A DNA stretch of 64,000 bases from an uncultured Chlorobiaceae bacterium (GCA_964523395.1 CAZFXS010000009.1:22235-86234); one strand, 5' to 3'. Counted from the stretch's first letter, positions 9,101-16,705 are shown. Notes: generated by a model from the sequence alone, not told the origin. Program-made: numbers and translations.

Positions 9101-11205
9101 TTCGCATCTGAGTTGCCGTAGATACCTCCGATACATAACAACGCTTTAACGCCGTTCTTATGAGCATAATGGATCAGTGAATCCTGAAAATTGATACTAC
9201 GGTCGTTATTGCCGTTGCCATATTGCAGTTTTAATGAATCGCTTGCTTTGGTGATCGGACTGAAATACGGTGGTGTGGAAGCATCCGGGTCGGCACTGAA
9301 GTGGATGATATGTGTCATTGCCGAATAATCCACCAGCCATGGCTTCATTGTCCAGATTGACCAATCCGGATAATATGCCGTTACAAACATGTTGCCGCTG
9401 GTTGTATCAGGTGGCGGCGGGGGAGGCGCTGAAGCTACTGTAGTGAAACTGCGTACTGCCGACCAGCCGCTTGTGCCGATGCTGTTGCGCGCGTTAACGC
9501 GCCAGTAGTATACCGTGCTGTTAGTTAAACCGCCTAATGTAAATGATGTACCCGCTATTCCGCTTTGATCTACAAGGTTTGAGCTAAATGAAGAACCCGT
9601 TGAAACCTGCACCTGATAATCAGCCGCCCCGCTGACAGATCCCCAGCTTAACGATGTGCTCAATTGAACTCCGGTAGCACCATTTGACGGTGAAGCCAGC
9701 ACCGGTGCTGATGGCGGTTGCGGCACGGGGGGCGCAACAGTTACGAAGCTCCACGCATTGGACCAATTACCAGAGCCGGCCGAGTTGGAAGCATTGACTC
9801 TCCAATAGTAGGTCGTACTGTTGAGTAAGTTGTTCACCGCATACGATGTCCCAGTTATTCCACTCTGGTCAACAACCGTTGTCCCGAACGTTGAACTTGT
9901 TGATACCTGTACACGATAACCGGTCGCTGCGCTGACCGAACCCCAGCTTACCGTCGTACCTGTCGGTACATCCATCGTTCCGTCCGCAGGGGTGTTCAAT
10001 ACCGGTACTGCCGGCGGCTGAACAGGCGGTGGCGGCGGCGGTGGTGTTACTGTCCCTCCTACCGCTTTCTTTAATGCCTGCAATAACGGGTCTCTCTTCC
10101 CTGCCGGATTTGACTGTACCCATCCTCCGACTAACTCATAAATCATCAATCCGCCAATTCCTAAACTCTTCGCATAATTAACCTTATACGCTATACTCAC
10201 TGAGTCATCATACGATACCATATGCTTTACTCCGCTGCCGTCGGTAAACGACAGATACGGCACCTTCGATGAGTCATCCCAACGATAGGAGTTCGGATAT
10301 TGCGCAAGGTAATTCAACGCATCAGAATAACTTCTATACCACTGTCCGCCATTACGCAACTGACACGGACCATCGACTCCGCTAAATTCCCATCCATAGA
10401 ACGGTACACCCATACCAATCTTTGACTTCGGGAAGCCTGCATTGATCCAGTTCTGAGGGCCATGATCTGCCAGTGTCCAGGCTGACCAGTTTCCTCCTGA
10501 CGCTTTACATTCACCCGGCTTCAACGGACTGTTAAATCCGGCATAGGTTGATGTTCCCTGGTCGTAGTTCATGACCGTAATCTGATCAAGTTTTGCCGCC
10601 ATTACAGGAACATCGTACGAGTTGGAGATAAACGAGTAGACTGCCGCCGTGATTATACCCGGTGTCGGCCAGCTATTCAACGTATCGCGTAAGACTGTCA
10701 GGAGGTTATTATAATCCGTCTTATTGTTCGGTCCTTCCCAGTCCACATCCACGCCGTCATATCCTTTGCGTTTGCAATACGACGAGATCGCACTTACGAA
10801 CACCCGTATTTTATTGATATCGCTGCAGATCTGGTCCATGTTCGCATCTGAGTTGCCGTAGATACCTCCGATACATAACAACGCTTTAACGCCGTTCTTA
10901 TGAGCATAATGGATCAGTGAATCCTGAAAATTGATACTACGGTCGTTATTGCCGTTGCCATATTGCAGTTTTAATGAATCGCTTGCTTTGGTGATCGGAC
11001 TGAAATACGGTGGTGTGGAAGCATCCGGGTCGGCACTGAAGTGGATGATATGTGTCATTGCCGAATAATCCACCAGCCATGGCTTCATTGTCCAGATTGA
11101 CCAATCCGGATAATATGCCGTTACAAACATGTTGCCGCTGGTTTGTGCAAAACTAAAACTGCAAATAATTATTGAGAGGAACAGGGTTGCTAGCATTCTC
11201 TTCAT
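6124..11205 (-). CDS. T9SS-secreted 1693-aa protein with two identical GH18-polyPro-FN3 modules in tandem, an extra FN3, a LamG/lectin-like region, Ig-like/FN3 domains and a Por-type CTD
   Basis: Signal peptide MKRMLATLFLSIIICSFSFA. YDGVDVDWEGP motif appears twice. PPPPPPPVQPP linkers. FN3 motifs YYWRVNA. C-terminal LYQNYPNPFNPSTTIGFDL...IYYYRF sorting domain. Confidence 0.9.
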   Translation of the reverse strand: MKRMLATLFLSIIICSFSFAQTSGNMFVTAYYPDWSIWTMKPWLVDYSAMTHIIHFSADPDASTPPYFSPITKASDSLKLQYGNGNNDRSINFQDSLIHYAHKNGVKALLCIGGIYGNSDANMDQICSDINKIRVFVSAISSYCKRKGYDGVDVDWEGPNNKTDYNNLLTVLRDTLNSWPTPGIITAAVYSFISNSYDVPVMAAKLDQITVMNYDQGTSTYAGFNSPLKPGECKASGGNWSAWTLADHGPQNWINAGFPKSKIGMGVPFYGWEFSGVDGPCQLRNGGQWYRSYSDALNYLAQYPNSYRWDDSSKVPYLSFTDGSGVKHMVSYDDSVSIAYKVNYAKSLGIGGLMIYELVGGWVQSNPAGKRDPLLQALKKAVGGTVTPPPPPPPVQPPAVPVLNTPADGTMDVPTGTTVSWGSVSAATGYRVQVSTSSTFGTTVVDQSGITGTSYAVNNLLNSTTYYWRVNASNSAGSGNWSNAWSFVTVAPPVPQPPSAPVLASPSNGATGVQLSTSLSWGSVSGAADYQVQVSTGSSFSSNLVDQSGIAGTSFTLGGLTNSTVYYWRVNARNSIGTSGWSAVRSFTTVASAPPPPPPDTTSGNMFVTAYYPDWSIWTMKPWLVDYSAMTHIIHFSADPDASTPPYFSPITKASDSLKLQYGNGNNDRSINFQDSLIHYAHKNGVKALLCIGGIYGNSDANMDQICSDINKIRVFVSAISSYCKRKGYDGVDVDWEGPNNKTDYNNLLTVLRDTLNSWPTPGIITAAVYSFISNSYDVPVMAAKLDQITVMNYDQGTSTYAGFNSPLKPGECKASGGNWSAWTLADHGPQNWINAGFPKSKIGMGVPFYGWEFSGVDGPCQLRNGGQWYRSYSDALNYLAQYPNSYRWDDSSKVPYLSFTDGSGVKHMVSYDDSVSIAYKVNYAKSLGIGGLMIYELVGGWVQSNPAGKRDPLLQALKKAVGGTVTPPPPPPPVQPPAVPVLNTPADGTMDVPTGTTVSWGSVSAATGYRVQVSTSSTFGTTVVDQSGITGTSYAVNNLLNSTTYYWRVNASNSAGSGNWSNAWSFTVVSSGQPPVPADTIPYPAVLRDDFNRPDGPLPGTNRWKTFDNYTGGIMSVVSSKLQATNGLTVNTMGGVVWDSMMTSGTEASVTLQQKSGNYSNASLLLYAKMNSKDFAAGSGYRLRFTEQSGNDLVEIHRVTNGYANGTVLASVNYEIRVGDVVTFRILADNKTMCVLVNGDIILSAMDTVHTAPSWYFAIRGYVSTTPVIFDDFRVSPNAAAVPLGLPVLNSPANQATNVPVNAILNWDAAIGAVTYRVQVSTDALFGNIVVDDSTVPTNSFQLADLNLNSLYYWRVNAKNLAGTSEFSEVRSFTTTSVSAAVVASPNNINFGKVGVGYSKKDSITISNPGSSTVTLSQIQSSLSQYEVAFTGTTIAPGASKKIYVTFTPNQRTTYDAKIAIVINSGNSTDTALVTGKGVRAANLRHRTIPVNFGVVQPEELKTDTITVYNDGELNLEINNITSTNSVFSISPQQAVVAPEDSQKFVVSAHPTVSQEENGYFLFEYSGSITPDSLALHIDQSTGVEEPPSTVPGTFALYQNYPNPFNPSTTIGFDLANPSVVYLKVYNALGQEVSVVYNGQQMSAGKIEVLFNAGGLPSGIYYYRFTAQRVDDQGSALALEPFVRVNKMMLVK
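8008..11143. repeat. Tandem in-frame duplication inside CDS 6124..11205. Copy A is about 8008-9403 and copy B about 9748-11143, with a 344-bp unique spacer that encodes an FN3.
   Basis: Nucleotide identity starts imperfectly at 8008/9748, is exact from 8051/9791, and ends at 9403/11143 (1353 bp, offset 1740). Checked directly at both ends. Supported mid-repeat by identical antisense ORFs in the track (8129..8383 = 9869..10123; 8574..8774 = 10314..10514). Confidence 0.85.
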
Positions 11206-11560
11206 ATCTCGATCTCCTGAAGAAACTTATTGTTACGCAGAAGTCGGGCATTCTTACATTACTCATATTGCCCGTTTTACTTAATCTGCGTCACAATACT
11301 AACAAACCCTCAGACTTCAATCAGATGCGTGCCATGCGTCACAAAATAGACTTAAATCCCTTATTCAATTTCAAATTTACGTGACGCGGCACACGCCAAA
11401 GTGAGTTTCGTCAAAAATGAACAGGTCAGGAGGAATGCCGGATGCGGACGAAAAAATAGTTGACAGACCATAAGGCCATTGTCTCTTACCGATATTATTT
11501 AAAAGGAGAAGTGCCAATGTTGTCAGGGCAAAAGGTTGTGAGGAAGGGTGACAGCTATAG

Positions 11561-11603
11561 CGGAAAAATTAAAAGGCCTGATTGAGAAATCTCAATCAGG
11601 CCC
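11561..11603 (-). terminator. Rho-independent terminator closing the minus-strand export operon
   Basis: Perfect 12-bp stem GGCCTGATTGAG-aaatc-TCAATCAGGCC at 11576-11603. On the minus strand it is followed by UUUUAAUUUUUCC. It sits 26 nt downstream of the stop of the 11629..13557 gene. Confidence 0.7.
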
Positions 11604-11628
11604 TGAGGTTGTGCGATCAGCAAATAAT

Positions 11629-13557
11629 TTACTTACCTGCCAGAACAAATTGCTCCTGAAGATGTATTTTCGGAATTTGCGACGGTATTGAGGTAATTTC
11701 ATCCAATTGAATCTTATATGACCGGAGGATAATCCCATTCACACGCGAAATATTAACAAGCCTCCGAAGAATCTCCGGCTTAATCGAATCACTTGCAATC
11801 AACACCTCATCAATTTTCCTGGTATGGACAAGGCGTTGTAATCTCCAATGTCCCCCGAAAATCGGATACCCGTTGATTCGTTTCCCTTCCAACTGCGGAT
11901 CATCATCAAGGAATCCAACCGGATTATAATCAAGTGTATCATCATGCATCATCCGCTGAATAATAAGAAGTCCTTTGGCATCCGCACCATACACCAGGAC
12001 ATTTTTGTTCCCATGTTTATGTTCACGACGGGAAATATAGTGAAGCACGAGGAACGACACTCGCGCGCCTACGACAAATGAGAGTAGAAAGTAGAAATTC
12101 AACGTTACCAAAGTAAAATTGATTTCACCGAACTGCTTTGGCAAAAACGCAAGAACTGTGTATGTAACAGCTGTTGCGGCAATAACTGTTTTGAGGATTT
12201 TCAACAAATCGCCAATTCCCATCTGACGGAACGAACCTTTGTACAATCCCGCGACAGAAAATATCAAAAGCTGCATTCCAGTTACCAGAGCCAGCACCAC
12301 AAACGTATGCTGATGCAAGCCTTGATCCGAAAATGACGGAAACACTAACCACTGGGCAAGCAGGAACGCGCCGACAATAAAACCCAGGTCCAGGAATCCC
12401 TGAAAGATTGTGCTATTCATCAGCGGCCATTCATACATCGGAAGCAGAACACCGTTGCGGAGAACCGCCATCTCTTTATACCGCAACTGGCTGATGCCAA
12501 TAAACGTGGCGATCGCAACAGTTACCAAAATCAGTGAAGCACCGAAATTATTCGTGATTGTCACGGCAAACGCACCGATACCAAATGCGCACGACACCAC
12601 ATATAATACAAGCACAACACTGCGATGGGAAAGTCCCCGATCAATCAGCCGGTGATGAATATGACCCCGGTCGGGAAGAAACATGGTGACAAGTTTTCCC
12701 AGGAACGACGCCGAATTTTTCTGCTGAGGGAGAATGGAACGGAGCAGTCTTCTGGTCATCGATAATAACGTATCCATAATCGGTAACCCGAGGGCAAGCA
12801 TCGGAACAACAATTGCAAAGGCTGTTGATCCCTTTGTCGAACTCTGAATGGAAAGAATCGCCAAAGAAAATCCTATAAACAAACTTCCTGAATCACCAAG
12901 GAAAATCCTTGCACCGCTGAAATTATAACGGAGAAATCCAAGAATAGCACCACCAAGCAATAATGCCATCATCGCTGTTGTCAGATCTCCTTTCAACAAC
13001 GAAATAGCAAACATTGTAATCGATACAATAAACGAAACGCCGGAAGCCAACCCATCGAGCCCGTCGATAAGGTTAATCGCGTTAGTAATACCGACAACCC
13101 AAATCAGCGTCGCAGGATAATCCAGCCACCCCATGGTCAAAAGATCCGGACTGAACGGATGAGTTATGGCTGAGATTCTGAATCCCGCAAAATACACCAT
13201 GGTCCCTGCGATAACCTGACCAAGAAGTTTCTTACTTGGCGTAAGAGGATGAAGGTCGTCCCATATTCCAAGGAGTAATACCAGCGTCAGCGAAATCACA
13301 AGCATCACGCCTGTATGGGGGCTTAAGCCCGAGAATGTGTGCAGGGATGGATCGAGATATACCGAAACCACCAGAGATAAGAAAAAGCTTGCATATATTG
13401 CCACCCCTCCAAGCCGGGGAATGGGGAGTTTGTGAACCTTGCGTTCATTCGGCTGATCGATAGCGCCAATCCGTTTCGCATAAGAAATCACGAGCGGCGT
13501 CAGCACCAACGACAGGAGAACAGGAACCAAAAAAAGAAAGTAATGCTGGATCAACAT
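11629..13557 (-). CDS. Polyprenyl-phosphate HexNAc-1-phosphate transferase (WecA/MraY family) fused to a C-terminal WbaP-N-terminal-like Rossmann (CoA_binding_3-like) domain
   Basis: N-terminal half has multiple TM helices with WecA/MraY motifs (IDQPNERKVHK, NAINLIDGLDGLASG). C-terminal part has VLVYGADAKG and YNPVGFLDDDP motifs, as in the N-domain of sugar-phosphate transferases, but no WbaP catalytic domain. Confidence 0.8.
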   Translation of the reverse strand: MLIQHYFLFLVPVLLSLVLTPLVISYAKRIGAIDQPNERKVHKLPIPRLGGVAIYASFFLSLVVSVYLDPSLHTFSGLSPHTGVMLVISLTLVLLLGIWDDLHPLTPSKKLLGQVIAGTMVYFAGFRISAITHPFSPDLLTMGWLDYPATLIWVVGITNAINLIDGLDGLASGVSFIVSITMFAISLLKGDLTTAMMALLLGGAILGFLRYNFSGARIFLGDSGSLFIGFSLAILSIQSSTKGSTAFAIVVPMLALGLPIMDTLLSMTRRLLRSILPQQKNSASFLGKLVTMFLPDRGHIHHRLIDRGLSHRSVVLVLYVVSCAFGIGAFAVTITNNFGASLILVTVAIATFIGISQLRYKEMAVLRNGVLLPMYEWPLMNSTIFQGFLDLGFIVGAFLLAQWLVFPSFSDQGLHQHTFVVLALVTGMQLLIFSVAGLYKGSFRQMGIGDLLKILKTVIAATAVTYTVLAFLPKQFGEINFTLVTLNFYFLLSFVVGARVSFLVLHYISRREHKHGNKNVLVYGADAKGLLIIQRMMHDDTLDYNPVGFLDDDPQLEGKRINGYPIFGGHWRLQRLVHTRKIDEVLIASDSIKPEILRRLVNISRVNGIILRSYKIQLDEITSIPSQIPKIHLQEQFVLAGK

Positions 13558-13603
13558 AGTGTCAAGAGTTGTTTGGTTGTATGAACCCGGATTTTAATCT
13601 CGT

Positions 13604-14440
13604 TTATGATTCAAATGATTCTGAAATTGCCTGGCGAACATTCCCGTCAGAAGTTCCGCACTTCACGTACCGGGGAAGATTATTTTCATGGATAAATCCT
13701 TCAGTACACTGCGCCGCCGCCGCATCAATCACTGTCCGGAGCTCCCGGATATTGCCGGGCCACTGATACGAACGCAGTAACGCTAAGGTTTCGGGAGCAA
13801 CAGATTCGATTTTGGTGCCGTATCGCTCGTTCGACTCTTCCAAAAACTCTTTGATAAGCATCGGTATATCATCCCTTCGTTCCCTAAGCGGAGGAATATT
13901 GATGCACACCTGCCCCAGCCTGCGTGATGATTCTTCCCGCGTTCTATTGTGCAAGAGTTTTTCATCATACGGAATCGTAACACCTTCTATCGCGCGAACG
14001 TTGATATACACTTCTTCATGTCCCCCGACACGTCTAAAATGCTGCTGCTCAAATGCCGATAATATCAAAGTCTGAACTTGTTTCGGAAGCGACGATAATC
14101 TGTCAAAATAAATCGTTCCTCCGTTTGCCTTCTCGATAACTCCTGCATGAACAATTCTTTCAGGTACATTAGCGTTTTCCCATCCGAAAATTGTTTTCAA
14201 CGTCAGGTGAGATGGCAATTCAGCACAATCCACATGGACAAACTTTCTCTCTGCCCGCGCACTTAACTGATGAATAAGGCTGGCGAGCCATTCCTTACCT
14301 GAACCGCTTTCACCAACAATGCGGACACTTAAATCGCTCACTGCCACTTTCTCGATCGTTTTAAGAATGTTTTGCATGTGAACGCCGTACGCGGAAACCG
14401 AGTCCTTTTCAAGGGACCTTGTAATTGAAGAGTATTTCAT
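13604..14440 (-). CDS. Stand-alone sigma-54-activator-type AAA+ domain protein with no receiver, no HTH, and the GAFTGA loop replaced
   Basis: Begins directly with the EBP AAA+ core (GESGSGKE Walker A, WPGNIRELR). GAFTGA position reads TIFGWENANVPER. Ends without a Fis HTH. Confidence 0.8.
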   Translation of the reverse strand: MKYSSITRSLEKDSVSAYGVHMQNILKTIEKVAVSDLSVRIVGESGSGKEWLASLIHQLSARAERKFVHVDCAELPSHLTLKTIFGWENANVPERIVHAGVIEKANGGTIYFDRLSSLPKQVQTLILSAFEQQHFRRVGGHEEVYINVRAIEGVTIPYDEKLLHNRTREESSRRLGQVCINIPPLRERRDDIPMLIKEFLEESNERYGTKIESVAPETLALLRSYQWPGNIRELRTVIDAAAAQCTEGFIHENNLPRYVKCGTSDGNVRQAISESFES

Positions 14441-14524
14441 AGCAAAGATATTTTATAATGGGTTTAAAAGTTGTGATACAGATCAATAAAAAAGGGCTTT
14501 TTTAAAAGAATTCAGGCTTCAGCG

Positions 14525-15472
14525 TTATCTGTCTGTCCTGATACTTTCTGTTGTATCCCAAAGATCAAAACCAAGCGTAAACTGATATAAACGGTCAGTT
14601 AACCTGCTTGGGAGCATACCATATTCCAGATGCCATCTCCCTGCCCGCATACCAATACCATAGGTAGCAGCCTGAAGATCTTCATCAACAATATATCCAA
14701 CCCGGAGAGCCACAAGACGAAGGGCAACATACTCCACACCCCCTTTATACCGCAACCCTTCCTGTTCAAAAACTTTTTCGTTTGCAAAAGATAATGTCAA
14801 ATATGTTTTATTCGCTGAAGCCGGAAAACGTAATGACGCTCCTACCGTAAGTGTCCGCGGCAATTGCTGAGTGGCAAGAAAGGTTGACGTTCCATCAAAA
14901 TTATACCTGATGCCGTTTCCAAAACCGGTAAAAACCGCTCCGTAACTCACCTCGGGTGATGGCGCATAAAAAACTGATACTGATCCTGAAATTGCCCAAA
15001 GGTTCTCTGCGGATGTTGTACCGTACCGTATTCCAAGTCCGGCCCCAACGCAAAATGTCGGGACAATTTCACGAGAATACGCCACATCATAGCCATATTG
15101 CACCGCTTTAAAATCAGCCAGGGGACTGGACTGGAGTGAACCGATATGATTTACCGACAAGCCCACTGCAACAACCTCACCTTTTTTCACAAACAAAGGA
15201 GTTGAGATATTTTCATTCATGATATTGCTTGTCCTGTCAAGGCCATGATTCAAGACAATAGATGTATTCTGCATATAAACCAATGATGCGGGATTCCAAT
15301 ACATGCTATTCACATTATATATGTCCGCCACAAATGCCTCGGCAAAACCCAACGCCCTCGCACCCGCATTAAATGTCCGCGGTCGAAACAATGTAGAGGT
15401 TTGGCCTAGCGATGCTACGGTAACAGTCAGACTGAGCGCCAGAATACTATAAATACTTATTAATCGTTTCAT
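14525..15472 (-). CDS. Outer-membrane beta-barrel protein, possibly a Wzp-like porin partner of the short OPX protein
   Basis: Signal peptide. Alternating hydrophobic beta-strand pattern throughout. Aromatic-rich C-terminal region. Immediately downstream of the wza-like gene. Confidence 0.55.
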   Translation of the reverse strand: MKRLISIYSILALSLTVTVASLGQTSTLFRPRTFNAGARALGFAEAFVADIYNVNSMYWNPASLVYMQNTSIVLNHGLDRTSNIMNENISTPLFVKKGEVVAVGLSVNHIGSLQSSPLADFKAVQYGYDVAYSREIVPTFCVGAGLGIRYGTTSAENLWAISGSVSVFYAPSPEVSYGAVFTGFGNGIRYNFDGTSTFLATQQLPRTLTVGASLRFPASANKTYLTLSFANEKVFEQEGLRYKGGVEYVALRLVALRVGYIVDEDLQAATYGIGMRAGRWHLEYGMLPSRLTDRLYQFTLGFDLWDTTESIRTDR

Positions 15473-15486
15473 TTTCCGTGCGCCGA

Positions 15487-16203
15487 TTAGTTATTAAAAA
15501 CCTGGAAGAAACCGAAAATAAAAATTGCATCCCGCATAAAGTCCGACAACTCACGGATAATGTTCGCTCGTTTCGGAACAAAAACGGTATCTCCCGGGCG
15601 AATAACAGGAATGGATTCGATATTACCATGCTCCATATACCACGTTAAATCGACTTCGATGGGTTGCCGGTTTTGACCACCTCCTCGCAGAATTTTTATG
15701 TTGCGAAGGTCCGAATCCGGCGTTGTACCACCTGCTGTTGAGAGTACCTCGATGAGTGTAGCATCAGTAGTCAGTGTGTAATTTTCCTGCCTGGTAACCT
15801 CACCAAGCACTGTCACTTTTTGCGGAGCAGAACTGACTACCGTTATTGTAAGTTTTATTTCTCCCTGAATGTATTCAGAAAGCTTTTTGATCATTTGCTG
15901 CGTAAACTGCTCCTTCGTCAAACCGGCCGCCGTTACTTCACCCAACAGAGGTAGCGCAATCTGACCCAGTTCTTTGACTGTCGTCCGGGAATCAAATTCA
16001 GGATAGCCCCACACAGAGAGCTGGATCTGATCACCCTGCCGGATTACGTAATTATCAGATTGTGCCTCAGCCTGTATTGGCCGGCTTCCGGAACGGATAA
16101 TCTGAGTTAAACTATCCTTGGTCATATCTCCGCTACTGCAACCTCCGGCGACAATCGCCAAAAAGAGAGCAAACAGACAAACTTTGTTGATTGATACTTT
16201 CAT
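15487..16203 (-). CDS. wza: Short Wza-like polysaccharide export (OPX) lipoprotein lacking the C-terminal outer-membrane helix
   Basis: Poly_export motif (IRQGDQIQLSVWGYPEF) plus an SLBB-like domain. Start moved to ATG at 16203 (MKVSINKVCLFALFLAIVAGGCSS, lipobox AGGC). The track start at 16305 would sit almost on top of the sigma-54 promoter. Confidence 0.8.
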   Translation of the reverse strand: MKVSINKVCLFALFLAIVAGGCSSGDMTKDSLTQIIRSGSRPIQAEAQSDNYVIRQGDQIQLSVWGYPEFDSRTTVKELGQIALPLLGEVTAAGLTKEQFTQQMIKKLSEYIQGEIKLTITVVSSAPQKVTVLGEVTRQENYTLTTDATLIEVLSTAGGTTPDSDLRNIKILRGGGQNRQPIEVDLTWYMEHGNIESIPVIRPGDTVFVPKRANIIRELSDFMRDAIFIFGFFQVFNN

Positions 16204-16308
16204 ATTATAGAGGATGTTGTTATTAAGGCTAATCTTTGAGTTAATACTACCTGCCGAAGGAAGGAGCCAATAGCCCATTCCACAAACAGTTGAAGGCAGT
16301 GACATTAC

Positions 16309-16324
16309 GGCAAACGCTGTGCCA
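16309..16324 (-). promoter_or_regulatory. Sigma-54 (-24/-12) promoter driving wza-OMP-AAA-GT operon
   Basis: Minus strand reads TGGCAC-AGCGT-TTGCC (GG-N10-GC spacing exact). Predicted transcription start about 16296, giving a 90-nt leader to the 16203 start. Confidence 0.6.
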
Positions 16325-16689
16325 GAAGAAAGATCTACGCACCAAAAATTCCCTAAACGTTTACATTCAGACTACCTGCTCATCCACCACTCGAAACATG
16401 CCATTTCATGCAAATCATAAAAAGTATTTTGAAACAGTAAGGAATGTTTTCCCCGTTTTAATAAATCGATAGCTCAATTTTCCCAAACAAAATCCTGAGC
16501 TTTTTCCTCTACAACGGAAAGGCTTTAATGATGTGTATACTTATTACACAAGCTCAAATTTTACTGCAAATTGCGGTATAAAAATTACACACTTGCCTCA
16601 CCACTCCATTAACTGGATTCCGGCATACTTCCATAAAGGGTTAATACAGGCTCATTTATAGGTTTTATATTACCGTGCCTGTAAAATAA

Positions 16690-16705
16690 TGGCACATCAA
16701 TTGCA
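16690..16705 (+). promoter_or_regulatory. Sigma-54 (-24/-12) promoter driving the plus-strand polysaccharide operon
   Basis: TGGCAC-ATCAA-TTGCA is a perfect consensus. Predicted transcription start about 16717, 40 nt before the GTG start at 16756, which has an AAGAAGGAA ribosome-binding site. Confidence 0.65.

Noticed and set aside
8129-10514. Identical small antisense ORFs (8129..8383 = 9869..10123; 8574..8774 = 10314..10514) inside the GH18 gene
   Set aside because: Not genes. Their identity simply reflects the 1353-bp tandem duplication. I used them as supporting evidence for that repeat.
11320-11345. Possible sigma-54 element (GTGCCA) upstream of the GH18 gene, and TGGAGATTGCAT upstream of the giant gene at 40203
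   Set aside because: GG-N10-GC spacing does not fit (N5 only at 40203; no TTGC partner at 11320). These are chance partial matches.
11172-11384. 70-aa plus-strand ORF spanning the start of the GH18 gene
   Set aside because: It overlaps the GH18 N-terminus in antisense orientation and has a low-complexity hydrophobic sequence. No ribosome-binding site or homolog. It lies in the promoter region of a minus-strand gene.
13569-14075. Short plus-strand ORFs (13569..13766, 13812..14075) antisense to the AAA+ gene
   Set aside because: Antisense to a well-supported CDS, with no homology or start context.
15487-16305. Track start (16305) for the Wza-like ORF and the N-terminal extension MSLPSTVCG...
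   Set aside because: The extension has no signal character. A lipoprotein signal with lipobox begins at the internal ATG (16203). The upstream extension would overlap the sigma-54 -24/-12 element at 16309-16324.
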